The notes under the pieces: model-generated | Told to the model about the DNA's origin: nothing | What the model saw: the letters and a program-made list of their open reading frames with translations, nothing else | Database searches by the model: none | In this document: positions 1-9,256 of the stretch, piece by piece | Position numbering within the stretch: position 1 is the first letter of the stretch | Layout of the letters: each line of letters opens with the position of its first letter | Source of the DNA: an uncultured Verrucomicrobiota bacterium | GTDB taxonomy: Bacteria > Verrucomicrobiota > Verrucomicrobiia > Limisphaerales > UBA1412 | DNA length: 64,000 nt | Direction: 5' to 3' | NCBI GenBank assembly: GCA_964609795.1 | Contig: CAZSTC010000001.1 | Location: forward strand, 17,518-81,517 | Translations under genes and position numbers: made by a program

Positions 1-2180
1 TGCTGGGTGTCAACGAGGCCGATATCCCCGGTAAAGATTTGAAGCTTCACACGTTCATGATCGACACAGCCATTGCCGGCTCTCTTCAAGGTCTTTCAGT
101 GCAGGAGTTGAAAGATGTGCAAATCCATGTCATTCACAAGTGGGATACGACTCGTGAGTGGCTTACGTCGGCAGTCCCCGCTCAGGGTGTCCTGACCGCT
201 GAGGGAACCAAGATGCAGCCCCACAATTCGATGGTTCGTGACAGCCTTTATTACCTGGAAAACAGTAAGTCGGCATTGAATGCGCCCGGGGAGTGGTTTC
301 TGGATCGGGATGGCTGGCTTTATTATCATCCGCTGGAGGGTGAAGATGTCACCACTTCGGAGTTCGTTTACCCCAGACTGGAGTCCTTGTTGGAGGTTGC
401 AGGTGAAAAGGGGAAGAATCGGGTCCGTTTCCTGGAGTTTAACGACATCCACTTCAAGTACACAGAATTTCAGACGCCTCCTGTGGGTGTGCCTCCGGGA
501 CAGGCGGCAATGAATTGCCAGAAGTCCACCGTTCTCCTTAATAGCGCTGAGTCTGTTCTTTTCAACGATTGCTCCATCGAACACACAGGCAATGTCGGTC
601 TTTGGATCAAGGCAGACTCGGTCCGTTGCTCTGTGAATTCGAGCCGCATTTTTGATATCGGAGCTACCGCAATCCGTATTGGAGAGACGCAAAATAGGCC
701 GGAGAACGAACGAACCGGCTTTATCACGATTGATAACTGCATTATCCAAAGCAGTGGACGTGTCCATCCATCAGCCACCGGAGTTTGGATTGGGCAGAGT
801 TCGGATAATCGAATCACTCACAATGAAATTTCCGACCATATGTATACCGGCGTATCAGTCGGATGGGTCTGGGGATATGCAGAGAGCGGTTCGCAACGGA
901 ACCTGATCGCCTATAACCATATTCACCACGTCGGCTACCGAATATTGAGTGATATGGGCGGGATTTACACTTTGGGCAATTCTGTCGGAACCGTGCTTAG
1001 GGGTAATCACATTCATGACATCTACTCCAGTGCATACGGCGGCTGGGGACTTTATCCCGATGAGGGTACGACCGGAATGCTGCTGGATGACAATCTGGTT
1101 TATAACACCAAGGACGGCGGATTCCATCAGCATTACGGGCGAGAAAATACGGTTCGCAACAACATCTTTGCTTTCAGCGAAGAGGGGCAGATCGCTGTTA
1201 CCCGTTCTGAAGAACATACCTCCTTCATTTTTGAGAATAACATCGTTGTTTTTGACAAAGGCAGGCTCCTGGGATATGGCGGTTGGGCAGCCGGCGCAAA
1301 AGTGAAGATGAACCGTAATCTCTATTGGAACGTCTCCAGTAACGCAATCGATTTTGCAGGGAAAACTTTTGACGAGTGGAAAGCCAGCGGACGGGATAAA
1401 GATTCTCTGATCGCGGACCCGCTTTTTGAAAATGTGCAGGAAAGAGATTTCCGCCTGAAAAAAGGCTCACCTGCAGAGAAAATCGGTTTCAAGGCCTTTG
1501 ATATTGCAATGTCCGGAGTGCAGGGGAGCCCCGAGTGGATTGCTTTGGCAAAATCTCTCCAATACCCCGGGTTTGGAAAGGTATATGAAGCCCCTCCTTT
1601 GAGCTTCAAGGAAGATTTTGAAAACCCGCAATTCAGTATTTTAAAGGGGATGACTTCTTTCCATGTAGAAGATAAAAGCGGATTGATCGACTCGACTGAC
1701 CAACAAGCCGTCAGTGGAAAGTATTCGTTACTGGTTCAGGATGATCCTGAACTCAAGAATACTTTTAATCCGCATTTATACCTGGACCCTCACTATACGC
1801 AGGGAACACTGAAGTTCTCTTATAAAATCCGCTTGGGCAAGGATGTGGTGGCTCACAACGAAATCCGTTCCGAGGGCAACCCCTATTTGGTGGGCCCCAG
1901 TCTTCTCTTTAAAAATGGAGCCTTGAATGTACAGGATCAAAAGGTCTTGGATTGCCCCTATGAACAGTGGATCGGGATCGAAATACTAGCTCCTCTGGGA
2001 GATAAGGCTCAAGGCAAGTGGAGCTTGAAGGTGAGCCTTCCCGACGGAACCCAGAAGGAATTCCAGGACCTGCCATGCAACCCGCAGTGGAATCGGGCCC
2101 GTTGGTTGGGTTTTTGTGCTTTGGAAAAAACGTCGTCGTCCTTTTATCTGGATGACGTTGTGCTGGAACTGATCCCCTAA
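1..2180 (+). CDS. Right-handed parallel beta-helix repeat protein (putative secreted glycoside hydrolase or polysaccharide lyase), 5'-truncated by the window edge
   Basis: The frame is open from nt 3, so the track start at 39 is an internal TTG. Repeated beta-helix rungs are present (NRITHNEISD, NLIAYNHIHHVG, LRGNHIHDIY, VRNNIFAF). No CAZy family can be assigned by eye. Confidence 0.6.
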   Translation, partial: LGVNEADIPGKDLKLHTFMIDTAIAGSLQGLSVQELKDVQIHVIHKWDTTREWLTSAVPAQGVLTAEGTKMQPHNSMVRDSLYYLENSKSALNAPGEWFLDRDGWLYYHPLEGEDVTTSEFVYPRLESLLEVAGEKGKNRVRFLEFNDIHFKYTEFQTPPVGVPPGQAAMNCQKSTVLLNSAESVLFNDCSIEHTGNVGLWIKADSVRCSVNSSRIFDIGATAIRIGETQNRPENERTGFITIDNCIIQSSGRVHPSATGVWIGQSSDNRITHNEISDHMYTGVSVGWVWGYAESGSQRNLIAYNHIHHVGYRILSDMGGIYTLGNSVGTVLRGNHIHDIYSSAYGGWGLYPDEGTTGMLLDDNLVYNTKDGGFHQHYGRENTVRNNIFAFSEEGQIAVTRSEEHTSFIFENNIVVFDKGRLLGYGGWAAGAKVKMNRNLYWNVSSNAIDFAGKTFDEWKASGRDKDSLIADPLFENVQERDFRLKKGSPAEKIGFKAFDIAMSGVQGSPEWIALAKSLQYPGFGKVYEAPPLSFKEDFENPQFSILKGMTSFHVEDKSGLIDSTDQQAVSGKYSLLVQDDPELKNTFNPHLYLDPHYTQGTLKFSYKIRLGKDVVAHNEIRSEGNPYLVGPSLLFKNGALNVQDQKVLDCPYEQWIGIEILAPLGDKAQGKWSLKVSLPDGTQKEFQDLPCNPQWNRARWLGFCALEKTSSSFYLDDVVLELIP

Positions 2181-2927
2181 ATGAAGCGCTTGAAACGTCG
2201 AGAATTTCTTGGAGTCTCCGGCGGGGCTTTTTTTGCGCTGATGGGGGCTATGGGTGCGTTGCCTCTGAGCGGGGAAGCTGCACCTGCACCCGCCGGTTCA
2301 TCAAGGAAGGCTTCCGTTGACCCCATGAAAGCCGCAACGCGAAAAGAGCTCATGCGGAGCATGGAGGCAGAGCGGCTTTTGACCGGGCAGAATAATACCC
2401 GGGAAAATGCGCATCTGCTCCATCTTTTAATCCGGATGAGCCGCGCTTACCGGGTTTTGGAAGTCGGTACTCACAAGGGATACAGCACTCTCTGGATGGC
2501 AACGGCCCTGGAAGCACAAGGAGGCGGAAAGCTGACCACGATTGAAATTGACCGAATGAGGGTGCTCGAGGCTAAGAGAAATATGCGCGACTGCGGTTTG
2601 GACTCCATTGTGACCTGTCTGGAAGGAGATGCGCATCAGGAAGTTAAGGCGCTAAAGAAAAATTTTGATCTGATCTTTCTCGATGCAGACCGTGACCGCA
2701 ACGAAGATTATCTCCAGACACTTTGGCCCCTTTTGCGAACTGGTGGATTTCTCTGCCTCAGTGGTGCGGTGCGCTTCCGCAGCATGATGGCGCGGTATTT
2801 CGAAGAACTTGAAAAGAAGAAAGATGCCATGACGACTATCTTGAAGACGATTCCCAATACCGAGCGGCTTCCGGCGGAAAGTGAAGGTTTGGGTGATGCG
2901 ATGGCTATTACCTGGAAACAACCTTGA
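2181..2927 (+). CDS. Class I SAM-dependent O-methyltransferase (family-3-like) with a twin-arginine signal peptide
   Basis: The N-terminus KRLKRREFLGVSGGAFFALMGAMGALP is a twin-arginine signal. The SAM fold is marked by VLEVGTHKGYSTLWMA, TIEID and IFLDADR. The ATG abuts the upstream stop (TAAATG). Confidence 0.7.
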   Translation: MKRLKRREFLGVSGGAFFALMGAMGALPLSGEAAPAPAGSSRKASVDPMKAATRKELMRSMEAERLLTGQNNTRENAHLLHLLIRMSRAYRVLEVGTHKGYSTLWMATALEAQGGGKLTTIEIDRMRVLEAKRNMRDCGLDSIVTCLEGDAHQEVKALKKNFDLIFLDADRDRNEDYLQTLWPLLRTGGFLCLSGAVRFRSMMARYFEELEKKKDAMTTILKTIPNTERLPAESEGLGDAMAITWKQP

Positions 2928-2950
2928 TTTGTGAAAGAAGAGATAATTTT

Positions 2951-3298
2951 ATGAAGCCTTATAAGCGCTATTGCAAGACACTCCAGCTCAAGAATGACCC
3001 TGAACTCATCGCCGAGTATTGCCGGCTTCACTCTTCAGGAGTGACGTGGCCCGAGATTTCCGAGGGGATGAAAGCGGTTGGAATTCTGGATATGGAGATT
3101 TACCTTCTGGGGACGACGCTTTTCATGATTATGGATACAGAACCTGATTTTGATCATGATGCCGCGATGAAGAAACTGGGCTCACTGCCGCGTCAGGCTG
3201 AGTGGGAGGCAACGGTTTCGAAATTTCAGAGGGCCTCAGCTGATGCTTCTGCAGAGGAGAAGTGGCGGCTGATGGAGAGGATCTATAAAATGGAGTAA
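2951..3298 (+). CDS. rhaM: L-rhamnose mutarotase family protein (RhaM/DUF718)
   Basis: ATG 2951 is preferred over the track TTG at 2924. The ~115-aa protein has DPELIAEY..H....WPEI..GMKAVGILDMEIYLLGTTLFMIMD, resembling RhaM-type mutarotases. Confidence 0.65.
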   Translation: MKPYKRYCKTLQLKNDPELIAEYCRLHSSGVTWPEISEGMKAVGILDMEIYLLGTTLFMIMDTEPDFDHDAAMKKLGSLPRQAEWEATVSKFQRASADASAEEKWRLMERIYKME

Positions 3299-3344
3299 TG
3301 GGGGCCGCTCAGGCCCGGTCAGAATCTTGTTATCATCTATCCCG

Positions 3345-4715
3345 CTAGGCTGATTTCTGAAGGATATTCCTCAAAGATTCTGAGTTTTGGTGTGAGCCTA
3401 CAATGGTCAGGTTGTAGCGCTCCGGTGAGAGAATCTGCTGAAGTATATTTTGTATTTCTTCGGCGGTTGTTTTGCAAATACCCCGTTTAATGGTTTCGGG
3501 TGAAGCGAATCTCCCTCCGCTCAGAAGTTGTTCTCCGAGCCAGACCATCTGGTTTTCCGTACTTTCAAGGCTGAGCTCCAATTGCCCAATAATATAATCC
3601 TGAGCGTTTTTGAGTTTTTCTTTGCTGAGAGGGCGTGATGCCAGGCGTTTGAGCTCTTTCAAAACGAGTTTAACGGTTTTTTCCACTTTGTTTTCATCCA
3701 CGCCGGCTGAGATGACCAGGTCCCCGATGTCATAGAATGCGCTGGCAGAGCTGCCGATGGAGTAGGCCAGGCCTTCATCCTCACGGATTACCTGGAAGAG
3801 GTGGGAGCTGGAGTTTTCCCCGACAAGCGTGTTGATCATTCGGATCGCATAGCGGGAGGGGTGGAAGCGGGCAAAGGTGCGAATCCCCAGCGCAAACTGA
3901 GTTTGATCCACATCTCGTTCAACACAGAGGACTTGCGACTCCTGCTGCTGAGAGACAAAAGGGATATATTGATTGAGAGGCCCCGTAGGAATGTGTTTGG
4001 AGTATTTCCCAGCCAGTCGCACCAGTTTTTCATGACTCACATTGCCGGCAGCAATAATCCAGGTGTTGTTGGCGATGTAATGTTGTTGAAAATACTGAAG
4101 GATATTTTTACGGTGGATTTTCTGGAGGCCTTCTTCAGTTCCGGTAATGGGGCGCCCCAAAGGATGATCTCTCCATTGGATGGTGTTGAGGAGCTCTTGT
4201 ACATACTGAGAGGGTTGATCGTAGATCATGTCGATCTCCTCACAGATAATTTCACGCTCTTTTCGGATTTCTTCCGGATTGAAAACTGAATGGCAGTACA
4301 TATCCATTTGGACATCCATAAGCTGTTCCAAATGAGCACCGCGCGAACGGGCAAAATAGCAGGTATTTTCTTCTGCGGTAAAGGCGTTTGAGGCACCTCC
4401 GATACCTTCAATATCTTCAGATATTTTCAGCGACGAACGGGTGGGGGTCCCTTTAAAGAGAAGATGTTCGATAAAGTGGCTGATACCGTTCTGATCCGGC
4501 AGACTTTCGTACCGGCTGCCGGTTTTTGCCCAGATGCCCAGGCAGACACTTGCCATTTGAGGCATTGAAGCACTGGCTACAGTGACTCCGTTGGGAAGAA
4601 TGCTGGTCTGATAGAGCGTTTTCACTTTCGCAGAAAGAAGTTTTGGAGAGGTTATGCTCACTTTTTTATATGACAACAGGTCTCGGAGCTGTCTCCTGAG
4701 GCCCGACTTTATCAC
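3345..4715 (-). CDS. M16 family zinc metallopeptidase (pitrilysin/insulinase-like)
   Basis: It carries the inverted zinc motif HFIEHLLFKGT (HxxEH) and a downstream NAFTAEENTCY glutamate. The ~450-aa two-lobe length fits M16. The start is GTG at 4715, with an alternative GTG at 4661. Confidence 0.8.
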   Translation of the reverse strand: MIKSGLRRQLRDLLSYKKVSITSPKLLSAKVKTLYQTSILPNGVTVASASMPQMASVCLGIWAKTGSRYESLPDQNGISHFIEHLLFKGTPTRSSLKISEDIEGIGGASNAFTAEENTCYFARSRGAHLEQLMDVQMDMYCHSVFNPEEIRKEREIICEEIDMIYDQPSQYVQELLNTIQWRDHPLGRPITGTEEGLQKIHRKNILQYFQQHYIANNTWIIAAGNVSHEKLVRLAGKYSKHIPTGPLNQYIPFVSQQQESQVLCVERDVDQTQFALGIRTFARFHPSRYAIRMINTLVGENSSSHLFQVIREDEGLAYSIGSSASAFYDIGDLVISAGVDENKVEKTVKLVLKELKRLASRPLSKEKLKNAQDYIIGQLELSLESTENQMVWLGEQLLSGGRFASPETIKRGICKTTAEEIQNILQQILSPERYNLTIVGSHQNSESLRNILQKSA

Positions 4716-4770
4716 ACTCTTCAGGCGTCACAAGATTATTGTGGAATTCGAAGGAAATACTTTGCCGCCT

Positions 4771-4803
4771 AAAAAAGATGTGCTACCCCGAAGGGTAGCA
4801 CAT
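4771..4803 (-). terminator. Rho-independent terminator ending the hemE-led gene string
   Basis: On the minus strand the hairpin ATGTGCTACCC/GGGTAGCACAT (11 bp, 4-nt loop) is followed by T6. Confidence 0.7.
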
Positions 4804-4889
4804 TCATAATACACTACTACGCAAACAAATTACTCTTCTCATCTTGCCACCTCCCTGGGAGCATCTTACCTAAAAGGCAGAAGGTAAAA

Positions 4890-5156
4890 CTACTCGTTGA
4901 TGAATCCCACAGGGCCGTAAACAGCAGCTCGACCTACCGTTTCCTTTGCTATGGATTCATTGCCTGTTTTTGCAACCAGACGTACATTTTGAGGTTGTAC
5001 AATGGGCGATAAATAGGCCTTCCAAAAGAGGAGAGTAAAAACAACTAAACAGGTGAAAGCGAGTCCGGGCAAAAATTCGCGACGGAACAAGTACCAACGC
5101 CGACGCATCGGCATGGGCACTCTCCCGCAGCAGCTCTGTTGCACTTTCGCGCTCAT
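4890..5156 (-). CDS. Small single-pass membrane protein, unknown function
   Basis: It follows the U32 gene. RRRWYLFRREF is followed by the hydrophobic helix LPGLAFTCLVVFTLLFW. The start is ambiguous (TTG 5225, ATG 5156 or ATG 5114) and no family is recognised. Confidence 0.3.
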   Translation of the reverse strand: MSAKVQQSCCGRVPMPMRRRWYLFRREFLPGLAFTCLVVFTLLFWKAYLSPIVQPQNVRLVAKTGNESIAKETVGRAAVYGPVGFINE

Positions 5157-5256
5157 CACGCTGGGGGTATAGCAGTCTTCATGCCAACCATGGAGGAGCC
5201 TGCTTTTGTTTTTTTGAACCGCCAAGGCAGCAGGGTAGGGAAAGGAAACTTTGGTG

Positions 5257-7869
5257 CTAACTTTCGTTTTCTTTTAAACTTCCTCGAGTCAGCGAAAACC
5301 CCAGAGTTTTGAGATTGCTCCAAATTTCTTCAGACGGAAGTTCTTCATTGAGAAGGTGTTGATAAAGATGAATGACCTGAAGTGTTTCCTGTCGGGTTTC
5401 GTCTAGAAACTCAATGCGGAACCTGTTGAGTCCAAGTTGCCTGAGGGTTGTAAAAGATTCGCAAGCGCTTTGAATGCGCCCGTTAAAGACGGTGTTCCGA
5501 CAGCATGCATCTGCCAGAATAGGGAGGGTCACCCCGGTCCGATCTTTTAAGGCAAGCGTCCCTTTTTCGCAGATTTTGCCGCATTGGGGATAGCCCGGTT
5601 TATTTGTCAGGTAAGCGCAGAAAAAGCAAAAGGCTGTGTGGAACATCGGCATATGCTGATGCAGAGTAAACTCAAAACGCTCCGGAGTGCTTTGAAGTAG
5701 CATAGAAGCGATTTGTATTAAATTGAGATCATAGGATAGTGTGAGCGATTGGAGCCCTTTTTGCCGTAAAAAGTAGTCGGCACTCAGATGATTGGTGATG
5801 TTGAGTGTGTAATCCCCTCTGCATGGGTATTTTTTGAAGTAGTCTAGATGGTCATAGTTGCGGACCAGATATCCATCGGCTCCCGAATTCAGGGTAAGTT
5901 TGAGAAATTCTTCTTCTTCAGGTTTGAATATTCTGGGTGGTGCGACATAGATGGAAGGGTGTTTCCCCTGAGAAAGAGGGTGAGCGGATTTGATCCTGGA
6001 AACAGCCTTCGGATGGAGCTCTAAATCCTCAAAATCACAATATAAAGTTTGGACTCCTGCTTCCAGAGCCGCTTCGAGTTGTTCCCAACTGCGTACCAAT
6101 ACGATCAACTCCGGTTGCGTATTCGGGCGGGCTGCTGTGTTATTCGTGCAGGCAATCGCGGCTGGCTCTTTTTCAATCGTCCAGTTGGGGCGCTTTCTCC
6201 TCAACTCAAGGAGCTGGACAGAAAGGTCACGCCGCATCCTGTTGAGTTCGCTCACCGGAATCATACACGAAGAAGAGAGCATGAAGTGGAGCTTTTTCAG
6301 GCAGAAAGGGGTGTCGCCCAGCCGTTCCAATTGTTTGGTCAGTTTTTCCTCTGATAAAGGCTGAGAGTGAGCCTGTTGCAACGGCATTGAGGAAAGAGTC
6401 TGCACGGTTCTCCCCAGCTCGTCGGTCATTGTCAGCTTCAGGGGCAGGCCAACGGAGCCTTCAGCCGAAATTTCAACAGGGCGTCGATAGAAAATTTTAT
6501 CCAGGGTATAGCTCTGGGCCAGTTCCCGCTCAAGCTCCGGGTCGCTTGTCTTATAAACCAGATCGCCGGGGCGAACCTGACGCGGGTCAAAGGTCTCGTT
6601 GCTGAACTCCAACCCCAGAAGTTGGTTATTGCCTGAGAATGAATGATATACTCTGCCGGCCTGGGCGGTTTGGAAAGAGGCCGGGTTGATAAAAGCGACT
6701 CCATCGCCGGGCTTGACGTGAGTATGGGTTTTAATCCAAAGGGTCTGGTTGTTATCGATATGAGAGACTTCCCCGAGTTGGAAGCCCTGATTGCCGGAAA
6801 AGCGCGCATGACAAAGCTTCTGGTTGTCCGTGCCCTGGAGCCAGCCGCTGCTCAGACCGCGGGAGAAGATAATCTCCATTTCGTAACGCTTGCGGCGTGA
6901 AAATTCATTCAGCTCGCTTTGGCAGGAGCTCAGGTCAAATCGATTTGCAGAGAGTGTCTCCCAGACTTTGTCGATCGCCTGTCGATAGATGCGGCAGATA
7001 CTGGCGACATAGGCAGGGCTTTTTAACCTTCCTTCGATCTTGAGGCAGGTGACCCCGGATTGGATGAGTTCCGGAATATGTTCCAGCCCAATCCTGTCTT
7101 TGGGGCTGGCAAGAAAGCGTCTGGGGCCCAGCGGATACTCTGCGCCATTGCGAATGAGCTGGTAGGGCAATCGACAGGGCTGGGCACATTCTCCACGGTT
7201 GGCGGATCGACCTCCCAGGGCTTCGCTGGCGAGGCATTGCCCCGAAAAACTGAGGCAGAGTGCACCATGGATAAAAATTTCAAGAGGAAGTTGTTGAGGA
7301 GCTTCTCCGAGCTTACTATTCAGCCTTTGTTGCTGAAGGATGGAGATTTCTTTTGAGGAGCATTCACGTCCCAAAGCGGTCAGGGAAGCACCCAGATGTT
7401 CAGCAAATTCAATTCCCGTGGCTGAGGTGATGCTCATTTGCGTGGAGGCATGTATCGGGAAATCGGGAGAGAGACGGCGTATCAACCGGAGAATGCCGAT
7501 ATCCTGAACGATCACTGCGTCAGCTCCTGCGGATATGATCTGCTCCAGATACTCCTGAACTGCCTCCAGCTCGTTGCTGAATACGAGAGTATTCAACGTG
7601 ATATATCCCTTGAGCCCTCGCTCATGCAGATACTCCATGAGTGAGGGTAACTGTTCCAGGGTGAAGTTATTGGCCCGAATTCGTGCATTGAAGCGGTCCA
7701 GGCCAAAATAGATTGCATCAGCTCCGTTTTCGACGGCTGCACGGGCGCAATCCCAATCCCCGGCAGGGGAGAGGAGCTCCGGTTTTGACGGACGAAGGGG
7801 CATTGGTAAATTTTCCAATTCCAAAAGTTTGATGTAAGGTGTGTCGGATAAACCTTCCGGGTTATCCAT
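5257..7869 (-). CDS. U32 family protein, long two-module form (peptidase U32 / Fe-S hydroxylase-like)
   Basis: The N-half has ELLSPAGDWDCARAAVENGADAIYFG and the U32 signature EIFIHGALCLSFSGQCLAS plus GECAQPCR. The C-half is a second U32-like barrel with CFFC..CGKIC..CC. The start overlaps the hemY stop by 8 nt, with an alternative ATG at 7803. Confidence 0.8.
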   Translation of the reverse strand: MDNPEGLSDTPYIKLLELENLPMPLRPSKPELLSPAGDWDCARAAVENGADAIYFGLDRFNARIRANNFTLEQLPSLMEYLHERGLKGYITLNTLVFSNELEAVQEYLEQIISAGADAVIVQDIGILRLIRRLSPDFPIHASTQMSITSATGIEFAEHLGASLTALGRECSSKEISILQQQRLNSKLGEAPQQLPLEIFIHGALCLSFSGQCLASEALGGRSANRGECAQPCRLPYQLIRNGAEYPLGPRRFLASPKDRIGLEHIPELIQSGVTCLKIEGRLKSPAYVASICRIYRQAIDKVWETLSANRFDLSSCQSELNEFSRRKRYEMEIIFSRGLSSGWLQGTDNQKLCHARFSGNQGFQLGEVSHIDNNQTLWIKTHTHVKPGDGVAFINPASFQTAQAGRVYHSFSGNNQLLGLEFSNETFDPRQVRPGDLVYKTSDPELERELAQSYTLDKIFYRRPVEISAEGSVGLPLKLTMTDELGRTVQTLSSMPLQQAHSQPLSEEKLTKQLERLGDTPFCLKKLHFMLSSSCMIPVSELNRMRRDLSVQLLELRRKRPNWTIEKEPAAIACTNNTAARPNTQPELIVLVRSWEQLEAALEAGVQTLYCDFEDLELHPKAVSRIKSAHPLSQGKHPSIYVAPPRIFKPEEEEFLKLTLNSGADGYLVRNYDHLDYFKKYPCRGDYTLNITNHLSADYFLRQKGLQSLTLSYDLNLIQIASMLLQSTPERFEFTLHQHMPMFHTAFCFFCAYLTNKPGYPQCGKICEKGTLALKDRTGVTLPILADACCRNTVFNGRIQSACESFTTLRQLGLNRFRIEFLDETRQETLQVIHLYQHLLNEELPSEEIWSNLKTLGFSLTRGSLKENES

Positions 7870-9256
7870 CTATAAGTCCGGCTTCTTTAACGTGCTTCTC
7901 GATTCTATCGGCAAAATCGAAACCTGAGAGGAGGTTATCGCTCAGAGCCGGACCGCGGGTGTAGTTACCTCCGATAAAGAGCCCCGGGCAGCGCTCCTGG
8001 ATTTTGGCAATGTGATCTTTGTAGAAGCCGTAGCCGACATCATATTGGGGGATAGCCCTGGGAAAGTAGTGAGCGATTTTAAAAGTCGGTTGCTCTTTAA
8101 TGTTGAGGAGGTTAGAGAGGTCGTTATGGACGAGCTCAAAGAGCTTATCCTCAGGCAATCCAGCTAGTTCCGGCTGGCGCATTCCCCCTACATAGGAAGA
8201 CAAAATGACGTGACCTTCCGGGGCGCGGTTCTTGAAAAGACTGGAGCTGAAGAGGGTTCCCAGAATGTTCAGGCGTTCGACGCCGGGGACGAGCATTCCG
8301 AAACCATTGAGTGGGTGCCCGACGGCAGAGCGTCTATAGCCCAGAGCGACAGAGGTGACCGGGGCGTAGGAGATTTGTCCCAGGGGCGCCAGAGAGAGCT
8401 TCTCGGGTGTATCCAGAGTGATGTATTGGGCCGCGTAGGCAGAACTGCAGAGGAGCACGGCCGAATGCTCTCGCTCCATCATGATGTTGCCATCCAGATA
8501 TCCGACTTTCCACCCGGTGGGAGTACGGGTGATTTTTTGAACCGGATTATTGAGATGGAGCATGTTATCCAGACTGGCCGCCATGGCGTCGGTGAGCACT
8601 TGAAGTCCCTCATCAAAGGAGAAGACTTTAGCCTCCTGTTTGGAGGTTTCACCCCGTTTTTTGCGGTCACGCGCACCGAAGAATTGGGCCCGGATCATTG
8701 AGCCATACTTCTGCTCGCCCATGTAGAGCTTGGGGAAACCGTGCATCACTGATAGCCTTTCGGGGTTACCTGCAAAAATACCTGCGACCAGCGCATCAAT
8801 GGCATAGGTGAGGAACTCCTGACCAAAACGCCTGCGCACAAAGTGTGCGACGGTTTCTTCGTATTTGTTTTTCCAGCGCGGCCGGAAAGGCTCCATGAAC
8901 AGGTTGAACTTGGCAAACCAACTGAAGAGAGGCGATGAGAGAAAACCAAATGCGGTTGAAGGCATGGGTATGACTCTTCCTCCGCGTACCAAATAGCGGG
9001 TTTGGCCGACATCCTCGGCAAAGGTGACGTGCCCAGCCAGATTCGCCATCTGGATCAGATGCTCAATTTTCTTGGAAGTATTTAAAAGAGTGTTGGGGCC
9101 AAACTCCGCCAGGTAGCCCTCCTTACGGACGCTTCGAATGACTCCACCAACACGACCGGTCGCCTCATAAATTTCAACAGGACACTTTTTCTGTTTCAGC
9201 AGGAAAGCGCTTGCCAGCCCTGTAATTCCTGAACCTATAACTGCAATGGATTTCAT
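7862..9256 (-). CDS. hemY: Protoporphyrinogen oxidase (HemY/PPOX family; CgoX-type coproporphyrinogen oxidase not excluded)
   Basis: The FAD fold is marked by IAVIGSGITGLASAFLL...RVGG. The 464-aa length and the C-terminal GGNYTRGPALSD fit the family. The ATG overlaps the hemN stop (ATGA). Confidence 0.8.
   Translation of the reverse strand: MKSIAVIGSGITGLASAFLLKQKKCPVEIYEATGRVGGVIRSVRKEGYLAEFGPNTLLNTSKKIEHLIQMANLAGHVTFAEDVGQTRYLVRGGRVIPMPSTAFGFLSSPLFSWFAKFNLFMEPFRPRWKNKYEETVAHFVRRRFGQEFLTYAIDALVAGIFAGNPERLSVMHGFPKLYMGEQKYGSMIRAQFFGARDRKKRGETSKQEAKVFSFDEGLQVLTDAMAASLDNMLHLNNPVQKITRTPTGWKVGYLDGNIMMEREHSAVLLCSSAYAAQYITLDTPEKLSLAPLGQISYAPVTSVALGYRRSAVGHPLNGFGMLVPGVERLNILGTLFSSSLFKNRAPEGHVILSSYVGGMRQPELAGLPEDKLFELVHNDLSNLLNIKEQPTFKIAHYFPRAIPQYDVGYGFYKDHIAKIQERCPGLFIGGNYTRGPALSDNLLSGFDFADRIEKHVKEAGLIDG

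Noticed and set aside
3801-4289. A 162-aa plus-strand ORF inside the M16 peptidase gene. Similar internal ORFs occur in the U32, hemY, hemN, glnS and GH127 genes.
   Set aside because: All are embedded antisense or out of frame in genes with clear family motifs, and they have no features of their own.
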